In this document: positions 41,204-55,910 of the stretch, one piece after another
How positions within the stretch are numbered: position 1 is the first letter of the stretch
How the letters are laid out: each line of letters starts with the position of its first letter
Assembly: GCF_006345805.1 (NCBI RefSeq)
Contig: NC_043009.1
Span: forward strand, 13,206,001-13,270,000
DNA: 64,000 nucleotides
Direction: 5' to 3'
Source of the DNA: Octopus sinensis
Lineage: Eukaryota
Position numbers and translations under genes: made by a program
The notes under the pieces: generated by a model
Seen by the model: only the letters and a program-made list of their open reading frames with translations
Databases searched by the model: none
Told to the model about the DNA's origin: nothing

Positions 41204-41763
41204 ACGAATTTTTTAGAAATTTATATCGGTTTGTTTCGAGACACATAAATTATAATGGTTAGTGACAATTTTTGTTTCGGCATATTTGGCATTAGAATTT
41301 TTCTTTTGCCCTTATTTTGTAAATTATATCATCTACGTTTATATATATAAATATAAATATATATATTTATAAACATATACGTTTGTGTATATACATATGC
41401 ATACATACATATGCATACATACATATGCATCACTTGAGAGTAGAGAGGGAAGATTTCTCTAGTGAATGTTTCTAAAAAAGATGGCTGAACGTAGCAAGGA
41501 TGGCACTTGTAAATGACGAAGCCACTTGATAATAGTAGTTCTATGACGGATAAACCTAATCTGTTTCCTCTTTTTACACTGTGATACACGAACCTTATTG
41601 ATCGGCCTTTTTTTATGATCCCTTTTGATCGAATTTCTACCCTGCATATTTTTTCTTCTCTTCCCAAAATGAAAAGCTCGACTTCGTATATTGTCCCCTT
41701 TGTGTTCAGCCCTGTGTGTCCAATAAAGGAACATATACACACACACGCACACACACACACACA

Positions 41764-41841
<78 letters not shown>

Positions 41842-41849
41842 GTGAATAT

Positions 41850-42075
41850 ATGTTCTTTTACTTGTTTCAGTTATGTCACTGCATCCAGGCTGGAACGCCG
41901 CGCTGAAAGTTTTGTTAGGCGAAGTTTTTGACCTCAGGACTAATTCTTTGTAAACTTAGTACTTATTCTACCGGCCTATTTGGCTGAACCGTTAAGTTAC
42001 GGCAGCGTAAACACACCAGCCTCGGTTGTCAAGCAATGGTGGAAGGACAAACAGACACACAGTCAAATATATACA
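41850..42075 (-). mobile_element. SINE family A, 3' half
   Basis: TTTTACTTGTTTCAGT..GAACCGTTAAGTTACGG..GGTTGTCAAGC. Confidence 0.8.
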
Positions 42076-42110
42076 TGCATACATTCACAAACACACACAC
42101 ACACACACAC

Positions 42111-42520
<410 letters not shown>

Positions 42521-42781
42521 CGAAAACAATTGCAGCGTGGAAGGTGTTTATAACCCATTTAAGAAACACACAATTTAATTTGTCAACATATTTTCGTCGC
42601 TTTGAGACCGCGACCTGTTCACCGATGAAATTCCGTGCTGCACTGTAGAGAGTTCTTGTTGAGTGAGTTGTATCGAGATCAGTAATGTCATAATCTTTTT
42701 TTAAGTGAGTGCTCTCTGGGGTGATTCAATTCTCGAAATGTTTTGTTTTGTTCTGTGTAGGGAGAACACAGGGGGCAGCAG

Positions 42782-42845
<64 letters not shown>

Positions 42846-42867
42846 GTGTGTGTGTGTGTGTTTGTGT

Positions 42868-42899
<32 letters not shown>

Positions 42900-42928
42900 A
42901 TGAGTGTGTGTGTTTGTGTGTATATATA

Positions 42929-43238
42929 TGGAGGTGCAATGGCCGAGTTGTTAGGGCAGCGGACTCGCGGTCGTAGAATCGCGGCTTCGATTCCCAGACT
43001 GGGCGTTGTGAGTGTTTATTGAGCGAAAACACCTAAAGCTCCACGAAGCTCCGGCAGAGGTTGGTGGCCATCCCTGCTGTACGCTTTCGCCACAACTTTC
43101 TCTCACTCTTTCTTCTGTTGGCCTGCTCGCTTAGCCAGCGGGCTGGCGTCATTTGAAGGCTAAAACAATGCAAAGCGCATTGTGACCAGCGATGTGTAGC
43201 AACATCTGATAGGCTGGTCGGTCACGGTGATCACAGTG

Positions 43239-43239
<1 letters not shown>
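42929..43239 (+). mobile_element. SINE family B with a third tail type
   Basis: Head and body match 19456-19270(-); the tail differs. Confidence 0.85.
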
Positions 43240-43269
<30 letters not shown>

Positions 43270-43286
43270 ATATATATATGTATATA

Positions 43287-43891
43287 CTAGCAGTATTGCC
43301 CGGCTCAACGGGGATTTCAGGGGAGAGTTTCAGGGAGTCGCTGACGATGTATCGTGATGATCAAACATCCGTCCTGCTAAAATTTGGTTAAAGTGATTCA
43401 AACTGCAGACTCAACGCAAAATGGTCACATTTAATTCAAAGTGTTAAAAATGTTATGAAAACAATTGGTATGTGTTCACAAAGTCCAAACGATTAATACG
43501 AAAAAACCTTCCAGGCTACATCCCGAAAATTCATTTCTTTGCCGAATGTTTACGGCGATTCGTTTTTATATCTTGATTTTTTATTTTTCATGCAATTTAC
43601 GCATGTTTGCATGCGTGGTGAACACAGTTCACGTCAAACAGCTGACTGAGTAAAGTTCACTATTCAATGCATGGGATTGATACACAAACACATTATCGAT
43701 TTTTGCACTTGCGAGATGAATTTCGGAACAGAAATAGCGCAGTTTAATTTTCATTCGCCTAAACTTTAAGTGACCCATTTTTGGCGGTTCTACGATTTGT
43801 TGGATAGGAGGAGATGTGCCGGGAAGTTAAACACACAGAAACACACACAGATACACACACAGACACACAAGTTGCGTTTTGTATATATAGA
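43287..43891 (-). mobile_element. Non-autonomous Helitron
   Basis: Minus strand starts A|TC and ends CTAG|T, with a GC-rich subterminal segment (CCCGTTGAGCCGGG) and a (TG)-type microsatellite near the 5' end. No TSD. Confidence 0.75.
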
Positions 43892-45102
43892 TATATGATG
43901 GCATGCGAGTGTGCACGTGTGAATGTGTGTGTGTTTGTGTAGAAGTAAGTACATAGGTGACAAGCACAAACATATATTTATATATTCACCAGGCTCCGTA
44001 CTTTTGCGTCATCCTATCGTCAATCTTAATAGCTATATACGCTTCCACGTAGGCATCGGCTATAAAATTAGCACAATATATTAAACTGAATCGACACTAG
44101 TAACTGACATCCTTTTTCTGAACTTATAAGGGTAGGATGAAGCACAAAGTTGCCCTCTCACTGATTAGAAATTATGGCTGTTTGCGTTGGTATCCCCAAA
44201 CCCTCCATATGGATAAGAATACCATGTCGACTATAATGTTTTGCAAGGAGATATATTAGAGTGGTTTACTCTTACTAAGAGATCTGTTCATAGAACTAAA
44301 TTAACGACTTGACTGTTATTAACAGAGCTTAACTGCTACTGACTACAACAATGAAATTCACGTTATTAGAGTACCTGTTTCCAACTAATTGATTTATTTA
44401 CACCTTATGTGAGTTGAGTAACATGTTAAGTTGTAATTGTTTATAACGTTTGCCAATTACCAACACAATAGCATTGAGACTGGTGTTGCACTTTCGAACA
44501 TTTGGACGGCAGGCTAATGCATATATACTTATTCATATGTCTTTCTCAAGTGTTTAAATCAAAGTTGGCTATTTATCATTATGAACAATTAAGTATCTTC
44601 AGAGGAAAAAAGGCATGTTCATATTCATAAAAATATGACATAAAATCTTCATTTGTCTGAGACTTTATATTCAAATTACATTGTGCGCATGCACCCATCC
44701 AGTCAAGGTTATGTAGTGGATGCACGATAAATTTTAAATTGTATTTAGGTTTTCATCTTGGAAGGGGAAGGAACTAAAAGGCTTGGCAATAATATTCAGC
44801 TACAGTGAGTAAGAAGAAAAATATCAATAAATTAAAAATTAATTAACATTCTTTTAGAAAAAAGAGCAATATCACCTTTGTTTCGGAAACTGTGCATAGC
44901 TATGGACACATTTGTATTTATGTATCGATTTTCCCCTCAAATAATTTCTGATAATAAAACGTCGGAAAGAAAGTGCTTTGGTTTTTCAAAATGGGAAGAG
45001 AACATGCAATTGTTGGGTTTTATTTGATATATTTATTCAAACAAACATTCCCCACATCATTGATAACATAATCCCAGCTATTAGGCAATTGTTGATCTCT
45101 CG

Positions 45103-45332
45103 TACTCTTTACTCTTTTACTATTTTACATATTTCAGTAATTTGACTGCGGCCATGCTGGAGCATCGCCTTTAGTCGAGAAAATCCACTCCAGGACTTAT
45201 TCTTTGTAAACCTAGTACTTATTCTATCGGTCTCTTTTGCCGAACCGCTACGTTACGGGAACGTAAACTCACCAGCATCGGTTGTCAAGCGATGTTGGGA
45301 GGACAAACACAGACACACAAACATATACGCAC

Positions 45333-45375
<43 letters not shown>

Positions 45376-45541
45376 CATATATAGGACGGGCTTCGTTTCA
45401 GTTTCCGTCTACCAAATCCACTCACACGGCTTTGGTCGGGCCGAGGCTATAGTAGAAGACTTGCCCAAGGCGCCACGCAAGAAGGACTGAACCCAGAACC
45501 ATGTGGTTGGTAAGCAAGCTACTTACCACACATCCACTCCT
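45103..45541 (-). mobile_element. SINE family A, full length
   Basis: Reverse complement of the 3055-3468 element. Confidence 0.9.
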
Positions 45542-45963
45542 CGTACGTAATATTCTTCTAGTTTCGGGGCAAAAAAAATCTCTGATCTCATTTTAAACCT
45601 CTTCGCAATTAATTGTTTCCTTCCAAGTAATTTTGCAATGATCAGTAAAGCAATGATATGCAAGTGAGAGAGAGCAAGACCAGGAGAAAAGGTCGACGAG
45701 GTAAAATTACCGTCATCTTTTCCTAAGGAACTTGCGCAATATGTGCTCTTGCATGAAGATGTAAGAATTAATGCTGACTTTACCGTAATTATTGAAACAG
45801 TACCTCAAAGTGATCATGTCAAAACTATTACATGACTTTTTTTCCAACCTAATATAATACGTTTTTCTGCATTACAGACTTTATGTATCGAAATTTAGAG
45901 GTTGATGCTGAAAATACTCGTACCATCATAACAAGTATGTGATGATGATGTTTACCTTGATTA

Positions 45964-45966
45964 TGG

Positions 45967-46035
<69 letters not shown>

Positions 46036-46060
46036 CGACGATGATGATGATGATGACGAT
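45964..46060. repeat. (GAT)n microsatellite
   Basis: Directly visible. Confidence 0.95.
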
Positions 46061-46350
46061 TCAGTGGTGTTAGAAAAGACTGAGAATACGTTGATATTAT
46101 TACTATCCGTCGTCTTTCTTATTTTAAGCGCACAGTAACTGGATACAAAGCAAATATACTGGTTATGGTGGGAAATTAGGTAATATTGATGCTGATGCAT
46201 TTTTTAATAATAATAATAATAATAATAATAAAGTAACAGATGAAGAATGAAAAGAAAGGGAAAGAGAAAGAAGAAAAGCATAAAAGAAGAAAATAAGATA
46301 CAGGAGAAAGAAGACAGAGAAGAATGGGGGTGGAGTATGAAAAAAAAGGA

Positions 46351-46368
46351 ATAATAATAATAATAATA

Positions 46369-46444
<76 letters not shown>

Positions 46445-46458
46445 AAGAAGAAGAAGAA
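46351..46458. repeat. Compound (TAA)n-(GAA)n microsatellite
   Basis: Directly visible. Confidence 0.95.
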
Positions 46459-47414
46459 TCGCTCACCAAGAATGTATTGGAATGTATTTGATTGTATCTC
46501 AAATCGAGTGTTATGAAATTATGCATGCGTAGTGAAATTCATTCAGTGGTGAATAAATCACATCAGAATTATATTCTCATATGTTTTACTCTGCAGCAAG
46601 AATTACAAAAGCATCAACATCAGAAATCTATCCTCCATAATACGTAAGCGAACAACAGAAGTAAGCTTGAAAGATTTCTTCTATAAAAACCACTTGCCTC
46701 GATACAGGTAAATAGACTTAAACGGTTTCAGCCCATGTGACTAATTCAGTGACAGAAGTCTATTTAAGATATCGCATTATTTAATCTCAAATTGAATCAT
46801 TTCTTCATCATTATATTTTCCATAGATTACCTTGTCGTCTTCTGTATATTCTTTACATCATTATTTCTTACGTTTACCAGTTATCCTACATTAGGTTTTC
46901 TTAAATAACTTCAGTACAATATTTCTTATCATCCATTTCCTCATTCTCTCGTTTATGGGTTCCTCGGTATTTTTTTCACGGCTGACATTCATTCATCTCT
47001 TACGATGAAAAAGCAGATATGTTTAATACCTACGCTGCTTATATAATCCTACGATACAATCAATTTTCTTTTACACTCTACAAATCGCTATTTATTTATT
47101 GGTTGAGTAAGATTGATAATATTAATACCAATGGTGTTACAAGGTTTTAGATTTGTCTCCCCACGTGGATTACAAGCAAATTCCATCATGCATGGTTTCA
47201 ATGTAAAGTGCTGTATTAACTTCCTCAAAATAAATTATCAACATTGCCTACATTAAAATATTTAAGGAAATCTATCGGAACATAGTCTAGCTACTTAGCT
47301 TTGATTGTTCGTAACAAATATATTATTGTCAGTTGCATACAGTCACTCACTAATGACGTCAGTAAAATCATTGGCCTAGCTCCGAAGTTTGAAACTATTG
47401 TTATTGATCGTGCA

Positions 47415-47620
47415 ATAATGATTTCAAATTTTGGTATAAGGATAGCAGATTTGGGGACGAAATTTGTAGATTACATTGACCCCAGTTTCCAGCTGGTACT
47501 TCTTATATCATGCTCGAAAGTTTGAAAGTCAAAGTCTACCTCAGTGAAGTTTGAATGTAGAACATAAAGACGCGCAAAATGCCGCTAAGCATTTTCCCCG
47601 GATTGCTAACCATTCTGGCT
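47415..47620 (-). mobile_element. Degraded SINE family C
   Basis: CTGGTACTT..GAAAGTCAAAGTCTACCTC..GCCGCTAAGCATTT. Confidence 0.6.
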
Positions 47621-47649
47621 GTTCATAACATCATTTTGATATTCTAACA

Positions 47650-48430
47650 ATAAAGCCGTTGCACACAGATTTGCTTCGCAGCGTTATTGTTCTGATGTAT
47701 AGAGGAACATTTCTGAATATGAAATAATACGTTTTCCAATTCCAGTATACTTCAGCTTCTTTGGCTGTAGTCTAGATTTTGTACTATATGCACTAAGTAC
47801 TACAGCAACAAATGTCAGCTTTGTTTCCCACAATGGCTTCATCGCTCTAACTAGATCCTGGTATATCTCAAATTTTGCTATTTGTCTGCGATGCAATCTA
47901 TTGCCAGGTGGTATTGAGATTATTATACCATTACATATTTAGTCTCCTTGCTTCACTAGCATTACCATTTTTTGAAGGAGAAATCGCATATAATTCTGTA
48001 ATTGTTATTCCCTATCAGGGTCTCTGGCTTGGGTTCATAGGACTTTTCTATGAGTTTAAATCCATACATTCGATTAACATTCTAGGGCAGTCTTTTATTG
48101 TCAGAGATTTGCCTGCACTTATACTCTTTTTGTGCTACCTTACTGTATCAAATTCGTTGAAATGTCTTGTTGTCAAGCGGCTGAATTTAGTGATTCAGTT
48201 TCCATCTTCTTCATTTTCAACATCCTCGGTTTCTTTCATTAACTGGACATGTAGTTCCTTATCTTTCCAGTTATTTGTCTTGTCGTTATCTTTCCGTGTT
48301 TATGAATTCTGCAGCTACTTTAGTAACTTTTTGGATATATTCTACCGCGGATGACATTCTTTCTTCACTGCAAAAATATAATTCTTCAAACTCAATATCG
48401 CAATACAGATTTGTGAATTCTGCATTCAAT
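47650..48430 (-). mobile_element. Old R4/Dong-like LINE remnant
   Basis: Minus-strand KFEIYQDLVRAMKPLWETKLTFVAVVLSA resembles the REL C-terminus seen at 1-649. Confidence 0.6.
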
Positions 48431-48482
48431 TAACCTCTGCGCATTTCTTTCCTGACAGGTAGAACTTGTCAATATTACTTAT

Positions 48483-48555
48483 CGGCTGTCAAGCATTGTT
48501 GGGGGACAAACACAGTAATACATATACACACACATACATACATACACACACACAC

Positions 48556-48608
<53 letters not shown>

Positions 48609-48783
48609 ATATACATATATACAACAGGATTCTTTCAGTTTCCGTCTACCAAATCCACTCACAAGGCTTTGGTCGGCCCGAGGCTGTAGTAGAAGACACT
48701 TGCCCAAGGTGCCACGTAGTGGGACTGGACCCGGAACCATGTGGTTGGTAAGCAAGCTACTTACCACACAGCCACTCCTGCAC
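48483..48783 (-). mobile_element. SINE family A, 5' two-thirds
   Basis: TTCCGTCTACCAAATCCACTCACAAGG..CTTACCACACAGCCACTCCTG. Confidence 0.9.
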
Positions 48784-49349
48784 ATATATGCAACTCTTAC
48801 AGTGAGAGAACGTTTAAGAAGGACAGTAATCAAATACTTTGTTTCTAGTATTTCCGTCCAGTGATGTGAAAAGGAGAGTGAATTACTCATGGAGGAACCT
48901 ATGATCAAAATGAAAGTATATTCGTTAGAAACAGTTGGTCTAGCTTTGGATCCGTTTCTAATTATTATAAAGACATGACAATAATATGCATTGTTTTATT
49001 TTATTTAAAAAGCCTAAATCATTGCTTTTGATAATTAAGAAATACAAGAAAAATAGTCAACAATATTTAATAACATATTTTAAAAAAATCTTTATTAAGT
49101 TTGATTAAGCAATATATTTAAGCCGTGTAAAAATCTTTGTCTTTGTACTCAAACGTATTTGCACATATGTAAACTAAATCCACGAAATGGTTCAATACTT
49201 AGATTTAGCTGCCAATCATATAAAATTATTTGTGATACTCTCATAATGACTTTCCTAAGTCGGAATTTCTGTATTTCATGAGCCAATAGATCTACATGCG
49301 ATTTACGACAATTTCTTCACGCTAGGAAGCAGACAAGATAACGATTGAA

Positions 49350-49725
<376 letters not shown>

Positions 49726-50914
49726 AATACGTGGAGAAAAATAAGTGATATTCTTATATTTTGCATTAAATGGGCAAGTATATATGTGAATTTTGACTCA
49801 GATTTGAAACTGTATCCTTGTGATAGTTTGTTAGAAGCTTACTTTACTCTCCTGCCAACATCGCACATTATTGATGCTTTCTTTAAAACTTCAAATGCAA
49901 ATATCGCCAAACTTGTTTCTCGTTGTAGACACAGGAAAAGCGGAGGCCACATATAGACCTAGCATAAAATCATTAAAATAACAATTTATTAAATATAACC
50001 TGGAATAGAACAATAAAATAACATCATAGCTGGAAATAAGGGCGTTGATTTCGTAACTGAGTAAAGAGTAACATATAGACATTTCAGAGAATTATCAATT
50101 CGATATCAAATAACATGGTAATGAAGTTTCGTGTGTAACCGTACTTCTGAAGCGCAATCTTAATTATACATATCTTTGTAAAATGTAGCTGACATAATAA
50201 TTAATTTCTATGTAATTGAGGCATTGCATAGATCTAAAAGAAGAGAAAGATCACCCACCATTTCTTAGATTGCTGCGTATCTTGCTCTGATTTTATTTTC
50301 GTAGACATTAATTTAATGTAGGCTGTTCAGCTCGTTAAGTCGTACTTTCTAATGGTACCTGTGCGAAGTTTGGAAATCATAGCACATAGAGTGCAATGGT
50401 CTTCTCATTGGTATATTGCAGTCCGAGTGTCGTAATGGGAACCACTGTTACTACGGCTGAAAGACAGATTATTTTAGCGACAGCTGGAAGAGAAGAGGCA
50501 GAAAAGCGTGATAGAAATTCCGGTACAGAAATATTAAATAAAAACCGCTGTTGTTTAAAATATAGATTGAGATTTTCTGCAGATCTAAAAGTTAATGGGG
50601 CTTGATGGAAAGACAGTTGCCACTACGTATTTTTCTGCAATTTAATATCTAATCGAGAATCGATGAAAGAAAAGAAAAGAGGATAATGTAAAACAAGAAC
50701 GCAATCTGAGAAATATTGATGATAAAAACGAAATAAATAGTGAATATTTAATGTAAATTCAAAAATAATTCCACGTAGAAAAGTAAGTTTTTTCTTATTG
50801 TGTTTAGATTTATTATCCTATTTAATATATTTCTAGTCCCTGTTTGTCGTCTGTCTATTTCTATCTCTCTGAAACTCAACTTATATCCCTCTCTCGCTCT
50901 CTCTATATTCATAT

Positions 50915-51142
50915 ATGTATGTATGTATGTATGAATGTATGTATGTATGTATGTATGTATGTATGTATGTATGTATGGATGGATGGATGGATGGATGGAT
51001 GTACGTATGTATGTATGTATGTATGTATGTATGTATGTATGATGTATGTATGTATGTATCTATCTATCCATCTATCTGTCTGTATGTATGTATGTCTGTC
51101 TCTTTGTCTGTATGTCTGTCTCTTTGTCTGTCTGTCTATCTG

Positions 51143-51219
<77 letters not shown>

Positions 51220-51220
51220 G
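50915..51220. repeat. Compound tetranucleotide microsatellite (TGTA/TGGA/CTGT/CTAT)
   Basis: Directly visible. Confidence 0.95.
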
Positions 51221-51825
51221 TCACGTACTATATATGTGTGAGTCGGTGTGTGTGTTCCTTTGTCCGTGTGTGCATATATACAGCTATCTGTGTGTGTGTT
51301 TGCAAGAGCTGCAATGAAATAAAATTATTCATTACTTGAGCGATGCATTATTTGCGATGTTTCATGTGAAAGAATAGAGGACTGTATCAGTATCAAAATG
51401 TGTTCTGAATGACTTAATTATGTGCTTAATCTATAAAACATACTATTCCCGTACTGAAAGGACTTGAAATGAAAACATTCGCCCGATATTTCAACCGATT
51501 TATTCTGACGTTACAAGTAAGTATACTTCTAACGAGAGGCCTTCTATATGCTGATTAAACCGCTATATTAGCCGAATAGATGCTAAAACATAGGCTAAAG
51601 TTTCAAAAAATTAAGAAAATTATTCCTATGTTTAAGATAAAATGGCAATGAACGGAATACCTGTTGTAATAGGTTTGCTTCAACATGTACGACTTCGACT
51701 AATTATAACACTTCTGTCTCAAGTTTGCAAAAAAGGTTGAGTGTATGACTATATCATTTCAGTTATTTCCTTTTCTCATTCGACCACGTTTGGTTTGGGA
51801 AGACAAATTTATGTATGTATGTATG

Positions 51826-52335
51826 TCATTATTCAGCTTTATTTCAAAATTTCCCAAAAAGCCAGTTTCTAACCTAGATCCAAGTCGCCTTCATTGAAAT
51901 TTCATCAACACCAACAGCGTATTTCTGTAGTAAATGTGCGGATTTTATGTTTTGATTTATGTATGTATTCTCAAGCATTTAGTTGCGTATCTAGACATGC
52001 TCTTATATAATTATAATTATAAAATTCTGGAAATGTTTACGGATTTTACTGTTCTAGTGATGGATTGGATCTGTAGTTTTCGAATGAGCTTTCTCCTTTC
52101 TGGTTTTGTGAAGTCTAACTTCTGAAGATTGGTATTCAGGCAATGCAGTTACATACCCAAGTACCCCAATAATTACAGCTATAAACCTGAAGTTGTAATC
52201 TGGATAGAGTGACTGCAAATTTCTCTATAGTTCAGCGTAGGTATTTTCTTTTTTCACTGTTCTTTAGCTTTATGTTAAAATTCACAACTGTACACAGTTT
52301 CCTTCCTCTGTTCCAATCATTATGTCAGGTCTAGT
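51826..52335 (-). mobile_element. 3' end of a REL-endonuclease LINE
   Basis: Minus-strand PDIMI..ENTYAEL..NLQSLYPDYNFRFIAVIIGVLGYV across frameshifts, then a 3' UTR with AATAAA. Confidence 0.7.
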
Positions 52336-52807
52336 GTACGTACGGGTGTGACATAATGTCATCCACTGTATTTGCACAATTGCCACTGGATATACCCCAT
52401 GACTTCCTCAAAGTTTCTCGGGTATATAACAAATGGTACAGACGAAAAATATGGAATATACAAGCAAATGTATTGCTCCCAAGATCGCTTCTGCCCGTTC
52501 TGCATCGATCCCTCAGGGGTGGGATACAATATAACAAGTTCTGGTACCTTCCTCGGCGCAGAAATAGCCATTCCTTTCCAAAGGTTTAAACCCACGGTCA
52601 TTAAATACATGCTGGATTAAAACTGAGCGAAACAAGGTTTAATAAACCAGTTTCTCCTTATAAAGTCAGTATCTCACTCGTGCAGTATCAATGCAACACA
52701 GGCTAAAACGATAATTTTGAGGAATAAAGTTTCTCGACCCTTCCATTTTCTGTCGCTATAGAGTTCGTAGCAAATATATTATTGTTGCAGTGTCTGCACA
52801 CATTGTA

Positions 52808-53461
52808 CGAGGTTGGTTTGAAATGTTCATAGGTTGTCTATGAAGGAATGATAAAAGCGCACTCGGCTGATCACATCACGTGAAGATCTGACATTGTTTC
52901 AGACAATACATGCAATGGAAACACTCCTCTTCACCTGCTCCAACGAAATCTAAGGTCGTTTCATTTTCAAGGAAGGTGATGGCCGCAGCTTTTTGGAGGA
53001 TGGAAAAGGCATCGAATTTACTAATTGTCTTCAAAAGGGCCACATACCCAACGAAGAGTACTATGATAACTTTCTGGGGCAACTACTAAAGAATATTATA
53101 TCAAAATATCCTGGAAGACTGACGTGTCTTGTTTTATCAGGATAATGCTCCAGGACACAATTCCTTGGTGTGAATGGTTACAGTGTGTGACAATGGCTTC
53201 GATCTTGTTGATTGCTCTACTTAGTCACCTGATTTGGCCCCATCTGATTATCATCTGCTCTCATTCATGACAAAACACTTGGCAAGGAACCATCAGCGCC
53301 GTGATACAGATGTCATATCTGTTGTTGATGTTGATAACTTGTATGAGCAACAAGATGAATGCTTCTCACCAAAGGGATCCCAGCACTTCAATACCGATTG
53401 AAGATGTGTGTACACACACCGACACACACACATATAGTACGTGACATAGATAGATAGATAA

Positions 53462-53545
<84 letters not shown>

Positions 53546-53574
53546 TTAGATAGATAGATAGATGGGTAGGTAGA

Positions 53575-53605
<31 letters not shown>

Positions 53606-53647
53606 GCAGACAGATAGATAGATAGATAGATAGACAGACAGATAGAC

Positions 53648-53716
<69 letters not shown>

Positions 53717-53816
53717 TATATATAGATAGATGGTCTATGTTGAAAAACTAAACACCATGTGTTTACATTCCGAGTGACTATCTTGGTCGGTCTATGAACT
53801 TTTCAGCCGAACCTCG
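52808..53816 (+). mobile_element. Internally deleted mariner element interrupted by (GATA)n
   Basis: TA-flanked TIRs CGAGGTTGGTTTGAAATGTTCATAGG / CGAGGTTCGGCTGAAAAGTTCATAGA. Motifs GKVMA, QDNAPGH and SPDLAPSDYHL. Confidence 0.85.
53447..53730. repeat. (GATA)n/(GACA)n microsatellite
   Basis: Directly visible. Confidence 0.95.
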
Positions 53817-54768
53817 TAATGCTAAAGAATAATCGTTTACTGTTGAACTTCAAAGGGTTCATAAAATAGTTATTAGGTATATAATAAGATCTGAGATCAT
53901 GAGATAACTTGTTAGAGTACTATATCACTCTCAGAAGTAAGTTAGTTTGCTATAGAGAGGAGGAAACATTTTTGAAAAATATCTAACGCATCTGCTCACC
54001 TTTAATTTCTGTAAACTATCTTATTCCAGCGCGTAAGTGTCTTGACATTGATGTAGATAGCCATGTATTATTTACTCCGGTTACGAAAGGTATCTCACTA
54101 TTTGAACTGGGGATGGGCACTGTCGTTGATAGTCATCTTGGATATTGTGAAGCTGTTGCCCCAAGGGAGAAACTAATGAGAAGTGTATATATACAAGAAA
54201 GTACTCTCTTCGAACATGTACAACAGATATGTACAGTTGAATCTGATGGTTTGTATGTGAGATTAAAACTCTAGGCAGGGAATATATTTTTGCAATGTCT
54301 TCGCAGAGGATAGGATTCTTTTGGCTGCACTAAAGGAAGTTTGCATGTGTAGCAGCTTTGTTACACATTTGCGTAAGCTGTAATCGTATGTAGATTGCAT
54401 CTGCATTAAATTCTAGTAATGTCGCAGCATAAAAGTTGCAGTGTTTTTCGCACTTGAAGAGTCGTAGCATTTCTTAACGAGAATGCAATTAATCTTGTTA
54501 GATATCTATTAAGCAGTGAGTCTGCCTTCGACAATTCTCATTAGAAGGTGTTATCACATTGAGAAATAGTTTATGTCTTGACTGCTTATGACCGAAATAT
54601 TGTTTAAGTTATTGCCGGAGGTATTATTTGTAAATGAGTGTATAATTTGAAGGTACCGTGAGAAAGCCGTTAACGTAGAGGAATGTGTGAATATTAATCG
54701 GTCGGCACTCCCTACAATATTACTTTGAGAAGGGGACGATATCACTAATGATATTGCATTATTGGAGG

Positions 54769-54807
<39 letters not shown>

Positions 54808-55910
54808 CAATATTCCCGTGTAAGAATAATTTGAAAATCTTTGTATTAATAAATCATATTCAAAATCAGGACTTTGAATACCTCATCTTAAGGTATTCAA
54901 GTCCTAAGCCTAGGACTCTGAATACCTTGTTTTAAAAGACGTGTGTTTAACTGAAAGGTAACACCAGTGCTACAAATGAAGAGAAAATGGTAAGGTAATC
55001 TCGTTTTATTCTCCATTTAATCTAGATTGTTTCCAATAATGTACATAGAAGCTACTTGTGACATTTTCAAAGAAACCATGTGTATTTTAAACTCTTTAAT
55101 GGCCAAAACTTCAAGGTCAACTACACTTGTATAAATGATATACATACAGAAACAAAATTAAGCCCATACGGGCTCCACATTTCACTCCATCATGTAATTT
55201 TCGAAATTGGAACAATTATTCACTGGAAGGACCCTCTCTCATCTGTAAAGCAATCTTTACAGCATCCGATCACATCACGGGATACTACATGGGTAAAAGA
55301 GCCACACATGAGAAGATTTATGCAATATGTAAAACCCTCAGAAGAAGGGAGAGAGGAAAACTCCCACTTTATCTAGAGACTCCAGGAGCGTGGGAACGTC
55401 AACTCCAAGATGAAATGGACCATCCATGGGTGAGCCTCTCCTTACATAGAGTTCGTAATTGCCAGCGCGGCATTCGTGAGGTAGTATTCAACCTGAAATA
55501 GCATGCAATTTCCCTCAACAGGAAAACAGATTTACATTCTTGCAGTCATTAAGATTTATCCTTGCAAATGAGCTTCCAATCTCGGGTCACCGTTAACCCA
55601 GGAATACCATTGTAGCCGTAGTTAGCCAAGCATATAATGAGATTAGCTTTCTTCCATGTAATATACGGTCTATTAGCTCCCGGCCCTAAATAACCCGCTC
55701 CTTTGTGCTGTACATATTATAAGTAACCTAGCACGACCAAAACCGTTTACTTCGCCACGTCGTATGTTGTGTGGGTTAGTGAAAGTTAGGAGTAAGTTGT
55801 TGAATTCAATAAACCACAAATTAAAACTGAATGTAGCGTGTTACCGTCTTCTGTTTTACTTTTACTAGTATATACATTCTCCCTCCCACATAAATTACGT
55901 ATAAATTATA

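Larger units (their letters stand above)
40785..41327. mobile_element. Young Penelope-like head-to-head palindrome (224-bp arms, 17-bp spacer) with one-sided tail
   Basis: 40863-41086 versus 41104-41327, about 4 mismatches. One hammerhead per arm; TA tracts nearby on both sides. Confidence 0.85.
40547..41546. repeat. Outer diverged inverted repeat enclosing the inner palindrome
   Basis: ~40547-40735 versus ~41355-41546, for example GAAACATTCACTAGAGAAA / TTTCTCTAGTGAATGTTTC. Confidence 0.85.

Noticed and set aside
52340-52610. Possible Gypsy RT fragment on the minus strand (TVDDIM)
   Set aside because: One short motif with inconsistent frames.
53950-54760. Faint resemblance to a PIF1/Helitron helicase on the minus strand
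   Set aside because: Too degenerate to support without an alignment.
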